From positions 32,001 through 96,000 of the forward strand of contig JANOSY010000031.1 in the NCBI GenBank assembly GCA_031416075.1: a stretch of DNA of 64,000 bases. The letters are read 5' to 3'. The notes below the pieces were generated by a model. The model did not search any database. It saw nothing but the letters and a program-made list of their open reading frames with translations, and was not told the origin of the DNA. This stretch comes from Candidatus Tenderia sp. (GTDB lineage Bacteria; Pseudomonadota; Gammaproteobacteria; Tenderiales; Tenderiaceae). The first letter of the stretch is position 1. Each line of letters begins with the position of its first letter. Of this stretch, positions 30,982-40,973 are shown piece after piece. The position numbers were made by a program, and so were the translations under genes.

Positions 30982-31797
30982 CTATTCCCGTGGTCTCGTT
31001 CTTACATCGAGGCGATCACGCAGCCGATCACCCAACAGATTCACCGCCAGCACCACCAGCATCAACGCCGCCCCCGGCACCAGCACCATGTGTGGCGCTA
31101 CCAGCAGATAGCGGGCGCCGTCGCGGATCATACTGCCCCATGAGGAGTCGGGCGGCTGCACACCCAGACCCAGGAACGAGAGCCCCGCCTCGGAGATCAC
31201 CGCACCGGCCACCGCAAAGGTCGCCTCCACAATCAGCGGCGCCATGATCAACGGGATGATGTGACGCCAGATGATCATCAGCGGTCGTGTGCCCAGCGCC
31301 TGGGCCGCCTGCACATGTTCGCGATGTTTGATGGTCAGCACCTGGGCGCGCGCCAGCCGCGCAAAGCCGACCCACCCCACCACACCCAACGCGATGATGA
31401 CGTTGTTGATGCCCGGCCCGAGCAGCCCGGCCAGCGCGATGGCCAGCAGAATGCCGGGGAAGGCGAGGAAGATATCGATAATGCGTACGATAACGTGGTC
31501 CCACCAGCCGCCCAGGTAGGCGCTGACAGCACCAATGGCCGTACCAACAACGGTCGAGATCAACACTACCAACACCGCCACCAGAAACGAGGTCTGCGCC
31601 CCGGCCACCAGCCGATCCCACAGCGGCCGCCCCAGATCATCGTAACCGAGCCAGGCGTCACTGCCCGGCGCCAGCAGAATCTTCGACAGTTCGATGTGGT
31701 TTGGGTCAAGCCCAAACCAACCACCGCCCACGGCAAACAGCGCCCAGAGCAGCATGATCGCCGCTGGCCAGCCGTAACGAATCACACTACGGATCAT
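30982..31797 (-). CDS. Peptide/nickel ABC transporter permease (DppC/OppC-like)
   Basis: LGYDDLGR, DIFLAFPG, EAGLSFLGLG.QPP.SSWG, NLLGD.LRD.LD. Confidence 0.92.
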   Translation of the reverse strand: MIRSVIRYGWPAAIMLLWALFAVGGGWFGLDPNHIELSKILLAPGSDAWLGYDDLGRPLWDRLVAGAQTSFLVAVLVVLISTVVGTAIGAVSAYLGGWWDHVIVRIIDIFLAFPGILLAIALAGLLGPGINNVIIALGVVGWVGFARLARAQVLTIKHREHVQAAQALGTRPLMIIWRHIIPLIMAPLIVEATFAVAGAVISEAGLSFLGLGVQPPDSSWGSMIRDGARYLLVAPHMVLVPGAALMLVVLAVNLLGDRLRDRLDVRTRPRE

Positions 31798-32723
31798 CGC
31801 CCGCCCTCCAGCCGCACGCGCGGATCGAGCCAGCCGTAGACCAGATCGGTCAATGTATTGACCACCACATAGGCGAGACTGATCAACAAGACACACGCCT
31901 GCACCACCGGATAGTCGCGGCGCTGGATTGATTCAATCGTCAATGAACCAAGCCCCGGCCAGGAGAACACAACCTCAGTAATCACCGCACCACCCAGCAG
32001 CACACCCAGCTGCAAGCCGAGCAGCGTGATCACCGGCAGCAGCGCATTGCGCAGCGCGTGACGCCAGATTACCAACCGCTCACTCAACCCCTTGGCACGG
32101 GCGGTACGGATGTAATCCTCATTCAACGTCTCCAGCACGGTGGCGCGCACCATGCGCGACAGGATCGACGACATCGCCGTGCCGAGGGTGATGGCAGGCA
32201 GAATCAACGAGATCAGGCCATCGCGACCGCTCACCGGAAACCACCCCAGCCACAACGAAAAGACCAGGATCAAAATCGGCCCCATCAGAAAATTGGGCAC
32301 CGATATACCCACCAGCGACAGCCCCATCGCCCCCTGATCCCAGGGTGTGTCCTTACGCACCGCCGCCAACACCCCCATCGGGAAGGCGATCAGCACCGCC
32401 ACCAACAGCGATGCCAGCGCCAACTCCACCGTTGCCGGCATACGCTCCAGCAACATCTCGCTGATGGGGCGTTGTGAATAGAGTGAGTTGCCCAGATTGA
32501 GATGCAGCAGATTGTTGTAATAGTTACCCATCTGCGTCAGCAGTGGCTGATCCAGCCCAAGTGCACGGCGCAGCGCCTCGCGGTCGGCAGGCTGCGCCGA
32601 CTCCCCGAGCATCACCTCCACCGGATCGCCGGGCACCATATATAAGAATAGGAATACCAATGCCGAAACGCCCATCACAACGATGAGGGCGCTGGCAATA
32701 CGGGAGAGGAGGAATTTCAACAT
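31794..32723 (-). CDS. Peptide/nickel ABC transporter permease (DppB/NikB-like)
   Basis: VPGDP, EDYIRTARAKGL, HALRNAL, RDYPVVQ, LDPRVR. Confidence 0.93.
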   Translation of the reverse strand: MLKFLLSRIASALIVVMGVSALVFLFLYMVPGDPVEVMLGESAQPADREALRRALGLDQPLLTQMGNYYNNLLHLNLGNSLYSQRPISEMLLERMPATVELALASLLVAVLIAFPMGVLAAVRKDTPWDQGAMGLSLVGISVPNFLMGPILILVFSLWLGWFPVSGRDGLISLILPAITLGTAMSSILSRMVRATVLETLNEDYIRTARAKGLSERLVIWRHALRNALLPVITLLGLQLGVLLGGAVITEVVFSWPGLGSLTIESIQRRDYPVVQACVLLISLAYVVVNTLTDLVYGWLDPRVRLEGGR

Positions 32724-32729
32724 TAATCT

Positions 32730-33293
32730 CTACTGTTCCGTCAACTTCTGGGCGATCTTATCCAAGTAGATACGAGGGTGATTTTTTAACCGAAAAATGG
32801 GGATACTACCAGGATTTAAAGTGGGCTTTGGTAACTCGGGTCGCGATGTCTCACCTTTTCGCTCCTGCTTACGAGGTTTGAAGCTGATAACACCACAAAA
32901 TTCTGGCTCGATTGCACAATGGCCATTAAGACTCAGCAGTTTTACCAGCCATTGCATAAAAGCATGGCTTCTTAAAATTTGTTTTTCAGCACCGTTTTCA
33001 CCTCCCGATTTCATTTCAATCATGATTATAATAGGTTTGCTATTGATATCCGCCACAACAATAGCATCACATACACTGTGCATTCCCTTAAGCGGGGTAT
33101 CGTTACGCATGAACGGAAAAGCATTCGGTCCCAACTGATCTAACGAAAATACCAGAGATTTTCCTCCCTGTATCTCAATCAAGGTATGTGTAGCACCTTT
33201 ACCAGACTCTCTCAGTTGCCAGCGCCCGTCTGACCGAGGAAGTTTCCAATTATTGGTGATTAGATTATCAAAGCATGCCACAAAGTTGCTCAC
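32730..33293 (-). CDS. Hypothetical protein with PD-(D/E)xK-like motif
   Basis: CDAIVV...IMIEMKSG...AEKQI; GTGA overlap with ATPase stop. Confidence 0.65.
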   Translation of the reverse strand: MSNFVACFDNLITNNWKLPRSDGRWQLRESGKGATHTLIEIQGGKSLVFSLDQLGPNAFPFMRNDTPLKGMHSVCDAIVVADINSKPIIIMIEMKSGGENGAEKQILRSHAFMQWLVKLLSLNGHCAIEPEFCGVISFKPRKQERKGETSRPELPKPTLNPGSIPIFRLKNHPRIYLDKIAQKLTEQ

Positions 33294-34711
33294 TGAGAAC
33301 TCTCCTCAGAATCAGATTCTCCGCGATATGAATAATAAATTTCATCACTGGTCTCATTAAGGTCATGGATCACCTTGTCGAATGTTTCAGCCTGGATGCC
33401 CTCTTCTTTAGTTATTTTCATGGAAGATATTTTCCGATCATCAAAAAGATAAGCTGCCACTTTATCTGGCTGGAGCACCTCAGTTTCTTGATAATCGAAG
33501 CGTTTCATCAACTTGTCTCTGTTCCTATTTGGTTGTGACAACATAATCAATGAATTAATTTCTCTGACCAAATAATCACTGTGCGTACTCACCACTACAC
33601 GTAAACCACTGTTTACTAACTTGGCGAGTAATCTTGCCAGCTTGCGCTGATTTCCTGGGTGGAGATTAAGTTCCGGCTCATCAATCATAAGCACATCACC
33701 TGACTTAGCCTGATGCTCTAGATAAAACCACAAACCAAACAAACTTTTAACGGTGGAGGAAGACAGATGCAAGTCCAATCTTTGAGGATCGCCACCTTTC
33801 AGTTTTTTTGGGGTAAAATAAATATTTCCGTCAGCATCGACCTCGTATTTTCCGCAGACAACTTTTTTGACCTCTTCAGCCAAAGCATGAAATTGACCAC
33901 CTTTTCTTTTTCTTGTATCAGGGATCTCATTCAGCCAATCAATATAGTGAGCAATAGGCTCTGCATATCGAGAACCCCATACATCACGAATAAGTGCACT
34001 TATCTCAAACTCTTTGTCTTTTTTGGTGGCATGATGTAGCAAAGCAGTGCGTCTATTAGCCAATTCTTTATAAAAAAGATGCAACCCATTCCTCTCAGCA
34101 GGCATCAAAAATACGCTTCGACGCGAAGTCACACCAATCAAATGACTGACAACTGCATCACATAATATAAATTCAATATCAGGGAATCTTTGGGCACGGA
34201 GTGTTATTTGAACAGTTCTATCATTTGGCTGCTTTACTAATCTCAATACCTCGTTTTTTTCCAAACCAAGAACCAAACTAAAGTCCATTTTCCGTTCGAT
34301 AGCTGACGAGACAAGATGTTCCTCTTCAATTAGCCAGTCAAAATGGCTGTGAGAAAAAAGAGTTTTCGGAGCATTAAATATCCTTGGGAGACGATGTTTT
34401 GTCGCATTATGTATAGATTCAAGTATTTTCTTCGAATATTGTTTCAGCCAAGCCTCCATGTCCCACGACACTTGCCCCTCCTTCATTAAATCCTCAATGA
34501 GTGATTCGGTCTCTGGCAGATGCCCAAGAGGAGTCGATGAAAGGAAGCCATACAGAGCATACATAACCCATGTTTTGCCAGTATTATTCGGGCCACAAAC
34601 AATCGTCAAAGGCTTGAAATCGATATTTTGCCCACTCTCAAGGCATCCAAGACGTGAAGCGCTAAATTTCCAGCTTTGAAGATTAAATATTGCTTGTTCA
34701 TCTGTACTCAT
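33290..34711 (-). CDS. ABC-type (AAA_15/AAA_21, AbiEii-like) ATPase
   Basis: Walker A CGPNNTGKT, PAERNG, degenerate signature LSSSTVKS, Walker B IDEPELNLHP, H-loop STHS; visibly AT-rich. Confidence 0.88.
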   Translation of the reverse strand: MSTDEQAIFNLQSWKFSASRLGCLESGQNIDFKPLTIVCGPNNTGKTWVMYALYGFLSSTPLGHLPETESLIEDLMKEGQVSWDMEAWLKQYSKKILESIHNATKHRLPRIFNAPKTLFSHSHFDWLIEEEHLVSSAIERKMDFSLVLGLEKNEVLRLVKQPNDRTVQITLRAQRFPDIEFILCDAVVSHLIGVTSRRSVFLMPAERNGLHLFYKELANRRTALLHHATKKDKEFEISALIRDVWGSRYAEPIAHYIDWLNEIPDTRKRKGGQFHALAEEVKKVVCGKYEVDADGNIYFTPKKLKGGDPQRLDLHLSSSTVKSLFGLWFYLEHQAKSGDVLMIDEPELNLHPGNQRKLARLLAKLVNSGLRVVVSTHSDYLVREINSLIMLSQPNRNRDKLMKRFDYQETEVLQPDKVAAYLFDDRKISSMKITKEEGIQAETFDKVIHDLNETSDEIYYSYRGESDSEESSQ

Positions 34712-34778
34712 AACAAGTTCTCCAATCAATAATTTTTAATTCTATGCCATAACATACAATTCAATTCATATGAATTAA

Positions 34779-35276
34779 TTACTCATGAATCAGTACCCGT
34801 GTACCGGCCGGTACACGATCAAACAGCTCGATCAATTCACTATTGCGCATGCGAATACAGCCGTGCGAACCGGGACGGCCCATCTCCACGCTATCGGGTG
34901 TGCCGTGAATATAGATGTAACGGCGCATGGTATCAACGTTGCCAAGACGATTACAGCCCGGCTCCAGACCACTGAGCCAGAGGATGCGGGTGAGTATCCA
35001 GTCACGCTTGGGATGCTGTTGATGCAGCTCTGGAGTGTAGGTCTCGCCGGTAGGGCGACGGCCAACAAAGATCGTATTCACCTCACAACCACCACCAATC
35101 CTGGCACGGATCTGGTGCCAACCGCGTGGGGTGCACTGGCTGTTGGCCACTTCGCCAGGACCATTTTTGGCGCTGGAGATCAATACGTCCATCAATAGCC
35201 CACCACCACACAACAGCTGCAACCGTTGCGTGGTGAGGTTGATATCAATCAGATATTGATCAGTGGCGTGTGACAT
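34779..35276 (-). CDS. L,D-transpeptidase (YkuD family)
   Basis: TPRGWH, ILTRILWLSG, IYIHGT, SHGCIRM. Confidence 0.92.
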   Translation of the reverse strand: MSHATDQYLIDINLTTQRLQLLCGGGLLMDVLISSAKNGPGEVANSQCTPRGWHQIRARIGGGCEVNTIFVGRRPTGETYTPELHQQHPKRDWILTRILWLSGLEPGCNRLGNVDTMRRYIYIHGTPDSVEMGRPGSHGCIRMRNSELIELFDRVPAGTRVLIHE

Positions 35277-36756
35277 GCATCAATCCATCGTAGTTGCCAT
35301 CGCGGGCAACCGTATAGCCGCTGATATTTTTGCGGGCGGCAAAGATGTGATCTTCGTACCACAACGGCACGTAAGGGAGCTGTTCTAACAGACGCGCCTG
35401 AACTTTTTTGTACTCTTCAGCCTGCTGTTCCAGCGTTGGTGCCGCTTCGGCCGCTTCAATTAAAGCATCGGTGATGCTGTCGCTGTAGCGGCCACGATTA
35501 CTCCCCTCCGGCGGCACAGCACTGCTGTGAAAGGCGTAACGGAAGATGTCAGGGGTCTTAATGCCAACCCAGCTGAGGCTGAACATCTGGAAGCGCCCTG
35601 CTTTGATGTCACCATAAAAGGTACCCCAGTCATAACTGCGCAGATCAACATCAATTCCTATGTCGGTGAGCTGTTGTTGAATGATGGTGGCGAGGCGAAT
35701 GCGGAACGGATCGCTGGAGGTTTTGTAGACCAGATGGGGACGTTTGTCTTGTGTATAGCCTGCCTCTTTTAACAACAGGCGGGCACGCGCTGGATCGTAG
35801 CCATAGAGCGGCAGTTTGATGCCCGCCCAGTGGTCGGGCGGTAACAGTGCGCTGGCAGGCGTGGCGGCGCCGCCCATCACGTAACGGATAATGGCGTCGC
35901 GGTCGAGTGCATGGGCTATGGCCTGACGCAGCTTTAAATTATCCGTCTCTGCATCTTCAAGATTGAACCCTAGATAGGTGAAGTTGGAACCGCGCCCCTT
36001 GATCACCTGAATGACATCCTGTTTTTCCAGATAGGTGACCATCTCTGACGGGATGTCATTCTGCAACATGTCGATCTCACCACGCATTAGCTTGAGCACT
36101 CGCACGGTGGGGTTCTCCACCGCGATAAAACTGAAGCGCTGACTATCGGCTAGACGTTTGAGGTGCAGCGTGCCCTCCTCTGGCCAAGCGTCAAAGGCAA
36201 ATGGACCGCTGCCCAACGGCTGTTGGTTGAAGGGGTGTTTTGCATTAAGCGCGGCAGCGGGCATGATGCCAATCACCAGGCGGCCGGGGAAGAGCAGGTC
36301 CGGTTTGTTAAGCATGAAATCGACCGTGTTGTTATCCACCACCTGAATGGTGTCGACCATGTCGAATCCGGCACGGTGAGGTGAGTTGATGGCGGGGTCA
36401 AGAATGGAGTCGTAAGTGGCTTTGATGTCCGCCGCTGTCAGCGGGCTGCCATCGTGAAACGTGGCGCTGTCGCGCAGCTGGAAACGGTAGTGGCGCGGCG
36501 AAATCTGCTGCCACTGCGCCAGTGCCGGGATGACACGATAGCGCTCATCAAAATCGATCAAACTCTGATAGATCAGCCGGTTGATACGCGACGAAACGGC
36601 ATCGGTGGCAAAACGTGGATCAAGGGTGATGGGCGCTTTTGCGAGGCCAAAACGCAACGCGCCATCCGGCGCCTTGCTGCATGCGGTGATACCCAACAGC
36701 GCCAGCAGCAGCGCCAGAATTGTGAAGCGCGAAAGTTTCAGAGCGAATCCTTCCAC
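35260..36756 (-). CDS. ABC transporter substrate-binding lipoprotein, family 5
   Basis: Lipobox ITAC, TLDPR, FHDGSPLTAADI, GSGPF, LRQAIAHALDR; start uncertain. Confidence 0.92.
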   Translation of the reverse strand: MEGFALKLSRFTILALLLALLGITACSKAPDGALRFGLAKAPITLDPRFATDAVSSRINRLIYQSLIDFDERYRVIPALAQWQQISPRHYRFQLRDSATFHDGSPLTAADIKATYDSILDPAINSPHRAGFDMVDTIQVVDNNTVDFMLNKPDLLFPGRLVIGIMPAAALNAKHPFNQQPLGSGPFAFDAWPEEGTLHLKRLADSQRFSFIAVENPTVRVLKLMRGEIDMLQNDIPSEMVTYLEKQDVIQVIKGRGSNFTYLGFNLEDAETDNLKLRQAIAHALDRDAIIRYVMGGAATPASALLPPDHWAGIKLPLYGYDPARARLLLKEAGYTQDKRPHLVYKTSSDPFRIRLATIIQQQLTDIGIDVDLRSYDWGTFYGDIKAGRFQMFSLSWVGIKTPDIFRYAFHSSAVPPEGSNRGRYSDSITDALIEAAEAAPTLEQQAEEYKKVQARLLEQLPYVPLWYEDHIFAARKNISGYTVARDGNYDGLMHVTRH

Positions 36757-37220
36757 TCTTTGTAGGGGTGCTGCGCCAGACAGACGTTGTAGTAACGTTC
36801 ATCATCCGACACCTCTTTTCCTGCCCACTGCGGCAGTTCAAACGGCTCGTCTTCGGCGAAGAGTTCAATCTCCGCCACAATCAGACCGGCGTTATCCCCC
36901 TCAAAGACATCAATCTCCCAGGTATGATTACCGTAATCAACCAGATGGCGGCGCTTCTCGATCACTGGCCCAACGCAGAGACTATCAAGCATCTCGCGAC
37001 CATCCTGGAGTGGAATCTCATACTCATACTCCTGGCGGGTCACCCCCAGCGTCATGCTCTTGATGTTGAGATTGGCATGGCCATCGGCAATACGCACCCG
37101 CACTGAGGCGTTACCCGTCATGGCGGCCAGATAGCCCTGGCGGTAGTCACCACTCTTTTTCACGGCGGCGCGCCAGCTATCGTTGGTCACCAAAAATTTA
37201 CGTTCGATCTCTACAGCCAT
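36738..37220 (-). CDS. CYTH-domain protein (inorganic triphosphatase-like)
   Basis: EIERKFLV, RQGYL, RQEYEYEIP, WEIDVF, AEIEL. Confidence 0.93.
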   Translation of the reverse strand: MAVEIERKFLVTNDSWRAAVKKSGDYRQGYLAAMTGNASVRVRIADGHANLNIKSMTLGVTRQEYEYEIPLQDGREMLDSLCVGPVIEKRRHLVDYGNHTWEIDVFEGDNAGLIVAEIELFAEDEPFELPQWAGKEVSDDERYYNVCLAQHPYKEWKDSL

Positions 37221-37306
37221 TGTTATATGTCGCTTATCTTTTAGCCGGTAAATTGAATGGGTGTAATATTACCCGATTTAAACACTAATCACTGCAAGGA
37301 GTTGCA

Positions 37307-38305
37307 ATGAAAGCGATATTAATGACCGGACCCGGAACACCTGACGTATTAAGACTGAGAGAGGTGGCAATTCCAGAGATCACTCATCGCAACGATATTC
37401 TGGTCCAGCTTAAGGCTGCGGGTGTCAACCCTGTTGATACCAAATTACGCAGCCGTGGCACTTATCACCCCGACCGTCTGCCCACCATTCTTGGCTGTGA
37501 TGGTGCCGGCATTGTTGAGGCCATTGGCCGGGATGTATCCCGGTTCAAGGTGGGTGATGAGGTCTATTTCTGTAATGGCGGTATCGGTGGCCATCCGGGC
37601 AACTATGCGGAATATGCCGTCGTTAACGAACACTTTGCTGCCGCCAAACCACACTCAATCAGCTTTGCCGAAGCGGCCGCCGCGCCGTTGGTGCTTATCA
37701 CCGCCTGGGAGAGTCTGTTTAACGCCTGTGAACTGGAAGAGGAAGACAGTGTGCTGATTCACGCCGGGGCGGGCGGCGTCGGCCATGTTGCCATTCAATT
37801 GGCCAAAGCCGCCGGTGGTTTTGTCTGTACCACCGTCAGCAACACGGACAAAGCAGCGTTTGTCTCTGACCTGGGCGCTGACAAGGTCATTCAGTATCGG
37901 GATGAGGATTTTGTTAAGGCCATACACTCATGGACCGGCGGTGAAGGGGTTGATCTTGCACTGGATAGCATTGGTGGTGAGACACTCAACCGCACCTTCG
38001 AAGCCGTCCGCTTTTATGGCGACATCGTTACCTTGCTGCAACCTGATACCAACATCCGTTGGCATATCCCGCGCCTGCGTAACCAGCGCCTGGCCTTTGA
38101 GTTGATGTTGACACCGATGCAGCACGGCCTGTTTGAGATGCAGAAACACCACGGCAAAATACTCACCGAAAGTGCCAACCTGTTTGACGCAAAAAAATTA
38201 AAAATTCATGTTAGCCATACCCTGCCACTGGCTGACGCTGCAGAGGCCCATCGCCTGATTGAAAAGGGGAAAACAACCGGTAAAGTAGTATTAATAATGG
38301 ATTAA
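37307..38305 (+). CDS. MDR-family oxidoreductase (NADPH:quinone reductase-like)
   Basis: AAGVNPVD, ILGCDGAG, LIHAGAGGVG, GKTTGKVVL. Confidence 0.9.
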   Translation: MKAILMTGPGTPDVLRLREVAIPEITHRNDILVQLKAAGVNPVDTKLRSRGTYHPDRLPTILGCDGAGIVEAIGRDVSRFKVGDEVYFCNGGIGGHPGNYAEYAVVNEHFAAAKPHSISFAEAAAAPLVLITAWESLFNACELEEEDSVLIHAGAGGVGHVAIQLAKAAGGFVCTTVSNTDKAAFVSDLGADKVIQYRDEDFVKAIHSWTGGEGVDLALDSIGGETLNRTFEAVRFYGDIVTLLQPDTNIRWHIPRLRNQRLAFELMLTPMQHGLFEMQKHHGKILTESANLFDAKKLKIHVSHTLPLADAAEAHRLIEKGKTTGKVVLIMD

Positions 38306-38512
38306 AAACTATTCAAAAAGACTAAATACCCCATATAAATCAATATATTACACTTAATAATTAGATAACAAATAGTCTATTTTCATGTGCTTAGCAGAGT
38401 TTCCTAGACATGAAATATCGAGCTATGGTATCTAAACAGTCCAGCAGAAAAACAATAGCTGTGAAACACAATAACAACACTGTAATAACCAATAAAAAAG
38501 GGGAATAAACAG

Positions 38513-39766
38513 ATGAATAAGTCTGCAATAGGGATGTTGATATTTGGCTCAGCTTTATCTGTTGGCACATATGCTGACAGTGACATAGGAGAAGGACATG
38601 TGCACGCCGGAGCCTCAACAGAATTAGATCACCACACCATGCACGATCTGCTCTCTGATAAAACCTGGGAGTTTTACGGAATGCTTTATGCCTCATTGCA
38701 AAGCAGCGATGCGGGCAATGCACTCGACCACGGCGGCAACAGCTCCCAGACCAACCTCTGGCTCTCTACCGGGGAGACAACCCTGGGGTTTAAAGGGTCA
38801 GTACCTCTGGATAACGGCCTTCAGGCCATCTGGCAGATCGAGTCCACTATTAATCTCGATGAGTTTGGCGAGGCCGCAGGCCATGCCCACGGTGATCAAC
38901 CCGCAGGCTACAACAGCAGCAAGCTGGCCGGTGGCCACAACAGCTTCATCGGTTTAAGCGGTAACTGGGGCATACTGCTGGCGGGTAAACATAACACGCC
39001 ATTTTTTGACGCCACCATTCAATTCGACCTCTTCCACCACATACCCGGTGACGTACGTGCCATGTTAGGCCGACTGCCTAACGTGGAGAGTGGTTCTGGC
39101 GACCACCATGGCGGCACATTTAACGTCTCGGCATCAGATACCATCATGTACAAATCGCCAAAACTGGCCAGTGGCCTTTCGTTTGAGGGGGCAATTTTTG
39201 CCCTGAACGAAACATTGGTGGATGACAATCAAGCTGACCCTTCCGCCTTTGGTTTGGGTGCCCGTTGGCAGCAGAAGACATTTGCACTGGTGGCTGCCTA
39301 CGAACAGCACAAAAACTACGACTCGTATAACCACGATGGACGTGGTGCCACGCCATCACTCCCGATTGATAAAACAACGGGGCTTATTGTGGGTGGCATG
39401 ATGCACTTCAACGATAACAATACGATGGTCGGGGCGTTTTTTGAGCAGCTGGATACAAGCTCATCATCACCCTCCGTTCCTAACCTGAGTCGTGATGGTT
39501 ATTACGTCAATCTTCAACAACGTTTCATGGGCAAAAACAAGCTCAAACTGGCCTTGTCTGAAGCCGACGCCTTTCAGATAAGGGATGGCGCACAGATGGT
39601 GGCTATAGCGCTGGCCAGAGAGCTGGGAGCATCAACTGAGATATATGCCACTTATGCCAAAACCAATAATAAGCAGTTTGCCAGTTACAACAATGGCACC
39701 GCTGGTCCTTTAGGAAAAGGTGGCGATCCACAGACACTTGCAATTGGCATTGTGCATAAGTTCTAA
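38513..39766 (+). CDS. Gram-negative general porin with His-rich segments
   Basis: Signal peptide, FYG.LYAS, LGFKGS..L.NGL.AIWQIE, SFIGLSG.WG, YKSP, C-terminal GIVHKF. Confidence 0.88.
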   Translation: MNKSAIGMLIFGSALSVGTYADSDIGEGHVHAGASTELDHHTMHDLLSDKTWEFYGMLYASLQSSDAGNALDHGGNSSQTNLWLSTGETTLGFKGSVPLDNGLQAIWQIESTINLDEFGEAAGHAHGDQPAGYNSSKLAGGHNSFIGLSGNWGILLAGKHNTPFFDATIQFDLFHHIPGDVRAMLGRLPNVESGSGDHHGGTFNVSASDTIMYKSPKLASGLSFEGAIFALNETLVDDNQADPSAFGLGARWQQKTFALVAAYEQHKNYDSYNHDGRGATPSLPIDKTTGLIVGGMMHFNDNNTMVGAFFEQLDTSSSSPSVPNLSRDGYYVNLQQRFMGKNKLKLALSEADAFQIRDGAQMVAIALARELGASTEIYATYAKTNNKQFASYNNGTAGPLGKGGDPQTLAIGIVHKF

Positions 39767-39806
39767 GCCGTACAGTCACCATTAACATTTTGTACTAAAA
39801 GCGGGC

Positions 39807-39850
39807 ACAAGGCCGACCAGCACCCTATGCTGGTCGGCCTTGTCATTTTA
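39807..39850. terminator. Hairpin terminator between convergent porin and truD
   Basis: ACAAGGCCGACCAGCA-cccta-TGCTGGTCGGCCTTGT followed by CATTTT. Confidence 0.75.
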
Positions 39851-39872
39851 TACCTTCCCCCTCTTTCACCCA

Positions 39873-40895
39873 CTACCGCTCACTATATATAAGCAGCTCA
39901 CGCAAGACGGAGGTGGCATAACTGCCCGCGGGCAGAAAAAAACTCATGTTTAATGATTCATCACTCATATGCCACTGCAGCTCTCGCACGGGCAGACGCA
40001 GGGCACGGCGCTCCTGCTTCATATCAACCGCCTCAAGCCCTTTGCAAAAAAGAGGAAACAGCTCCGCCAGCGGCTGCTCCAATGCCATCACCTCACCACT
40101 ACTGGATAACGCCCCCTTGCCCCACAGAGGTCCCGTTGGGTGAATATCCTGCTGCTGCAGGCGATCTCGAACCTCTTGATCAATCTCCTCTGCAAAAAAA
40201 ACAGAGTGGCTGCCATCAAGCATCATCATCTCACCGGGTAGACCACTGTTCCAGTTACCTGCAGCCACACGTTGTGACAACAGGTAATTAAAAACAGCAG
40301 AACGGGCCGATGAGAGGTACATGCTGCGTTTGTTGCGGTCACGCACCTTGATGCGCCCTTCGAACATGGCGCTGACACGCTCAAGGTTGTCGTGACCAAA
40401 ACGCTGTTCACCAAAGTAGTTGGGGACACCTTGAGTGGCGATCTGCTGCAAGCGTGGTTCGAGGGTAGCGATGTCGCCTTGCAACTCCCGTATCACCAGT
40501 GTGAAGCGGTTGCCTTGCAGTGCACCGCGCCGCAGTTTGCGGTTGTGACGTGTGACTGTAAGCACCTCGATCTCGTCGCTGTTGAGTTTGGTCCAGTCCG
40601 GCTCGGGTTTGCTGGAGAGGTAGAGACTGAACCATTGGGTAGTAACGGCATGGCGATCTTTCAAACCGGCATAACTGACATCCATCAGTTTGATGCCCGC
40701 CAGTTTGGCCAGCTGTTCGGCGACAAAGGCAGTATTGCTGTTGCGTTTGCGGATCAACAGGCAGGCGTGTTCACCTTCGCCACTCGGTTCAAAACCAAGC
40801 AGTTCGTCGACTTGAAAATCTTCAGGTGTGGCGCGTATTTTGCCGCTGACAGCGGGATGGGAAAAGGCGTAGCTGAGTGTATCGATCGTTGGCAT
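39873..40895 (-). CDS. truD: tRNA pseudouridine(13) synthase
   Basis: PEDFQVDE, GEGEH, YAGLKDRHAVT, PNYFGEQRFG, LPAGSYAT. Confidence 0.96.
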   Translation of the reverse strand: MPTIDTLSYAFSHPAVSGKIRATPEDFQVDELLGFEPSGEGEHACLLIRKRNSNTAFVAEQLAKLAGIKLMDVSYAGLKDRHAVTTQWFSLYLSSKPEPDWTKLNSDEIEVLTVTRHNRKLRRGALQGNRFTLVIRELQGDIATLEPRLQQIATQGVPNYFGEQRFGHDNLERVSAMFEGRIKVRDRNKRSMYLSSARSAVFNYLLSQRVAAGNWNSGLPGEMMMLDGSHSVFFAEEIDQEVRDRLQQQDIHPTGPLWGKGALSSSGEVMALEQPLAELFPLFCKGLEAVDMKQERRALRLPVRELQWHMSDESLNMSFFLPAGSYATSVLRELLIYSER

Positions 40896-40973
40896 TAATT
40901 GGGGCCTGTTGTGTGTGCAAAGGTCTACTGACACTATAAAAATCCATTCTCCCCCGACATTGAAACTACAGTG

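Noticed and set aside
38455-38490. Possible Zur box upstream of the His-rich porin
   Set aside because: Only one half-site (AATAACA) resembles the consensus; too weak in AT-rich DNA
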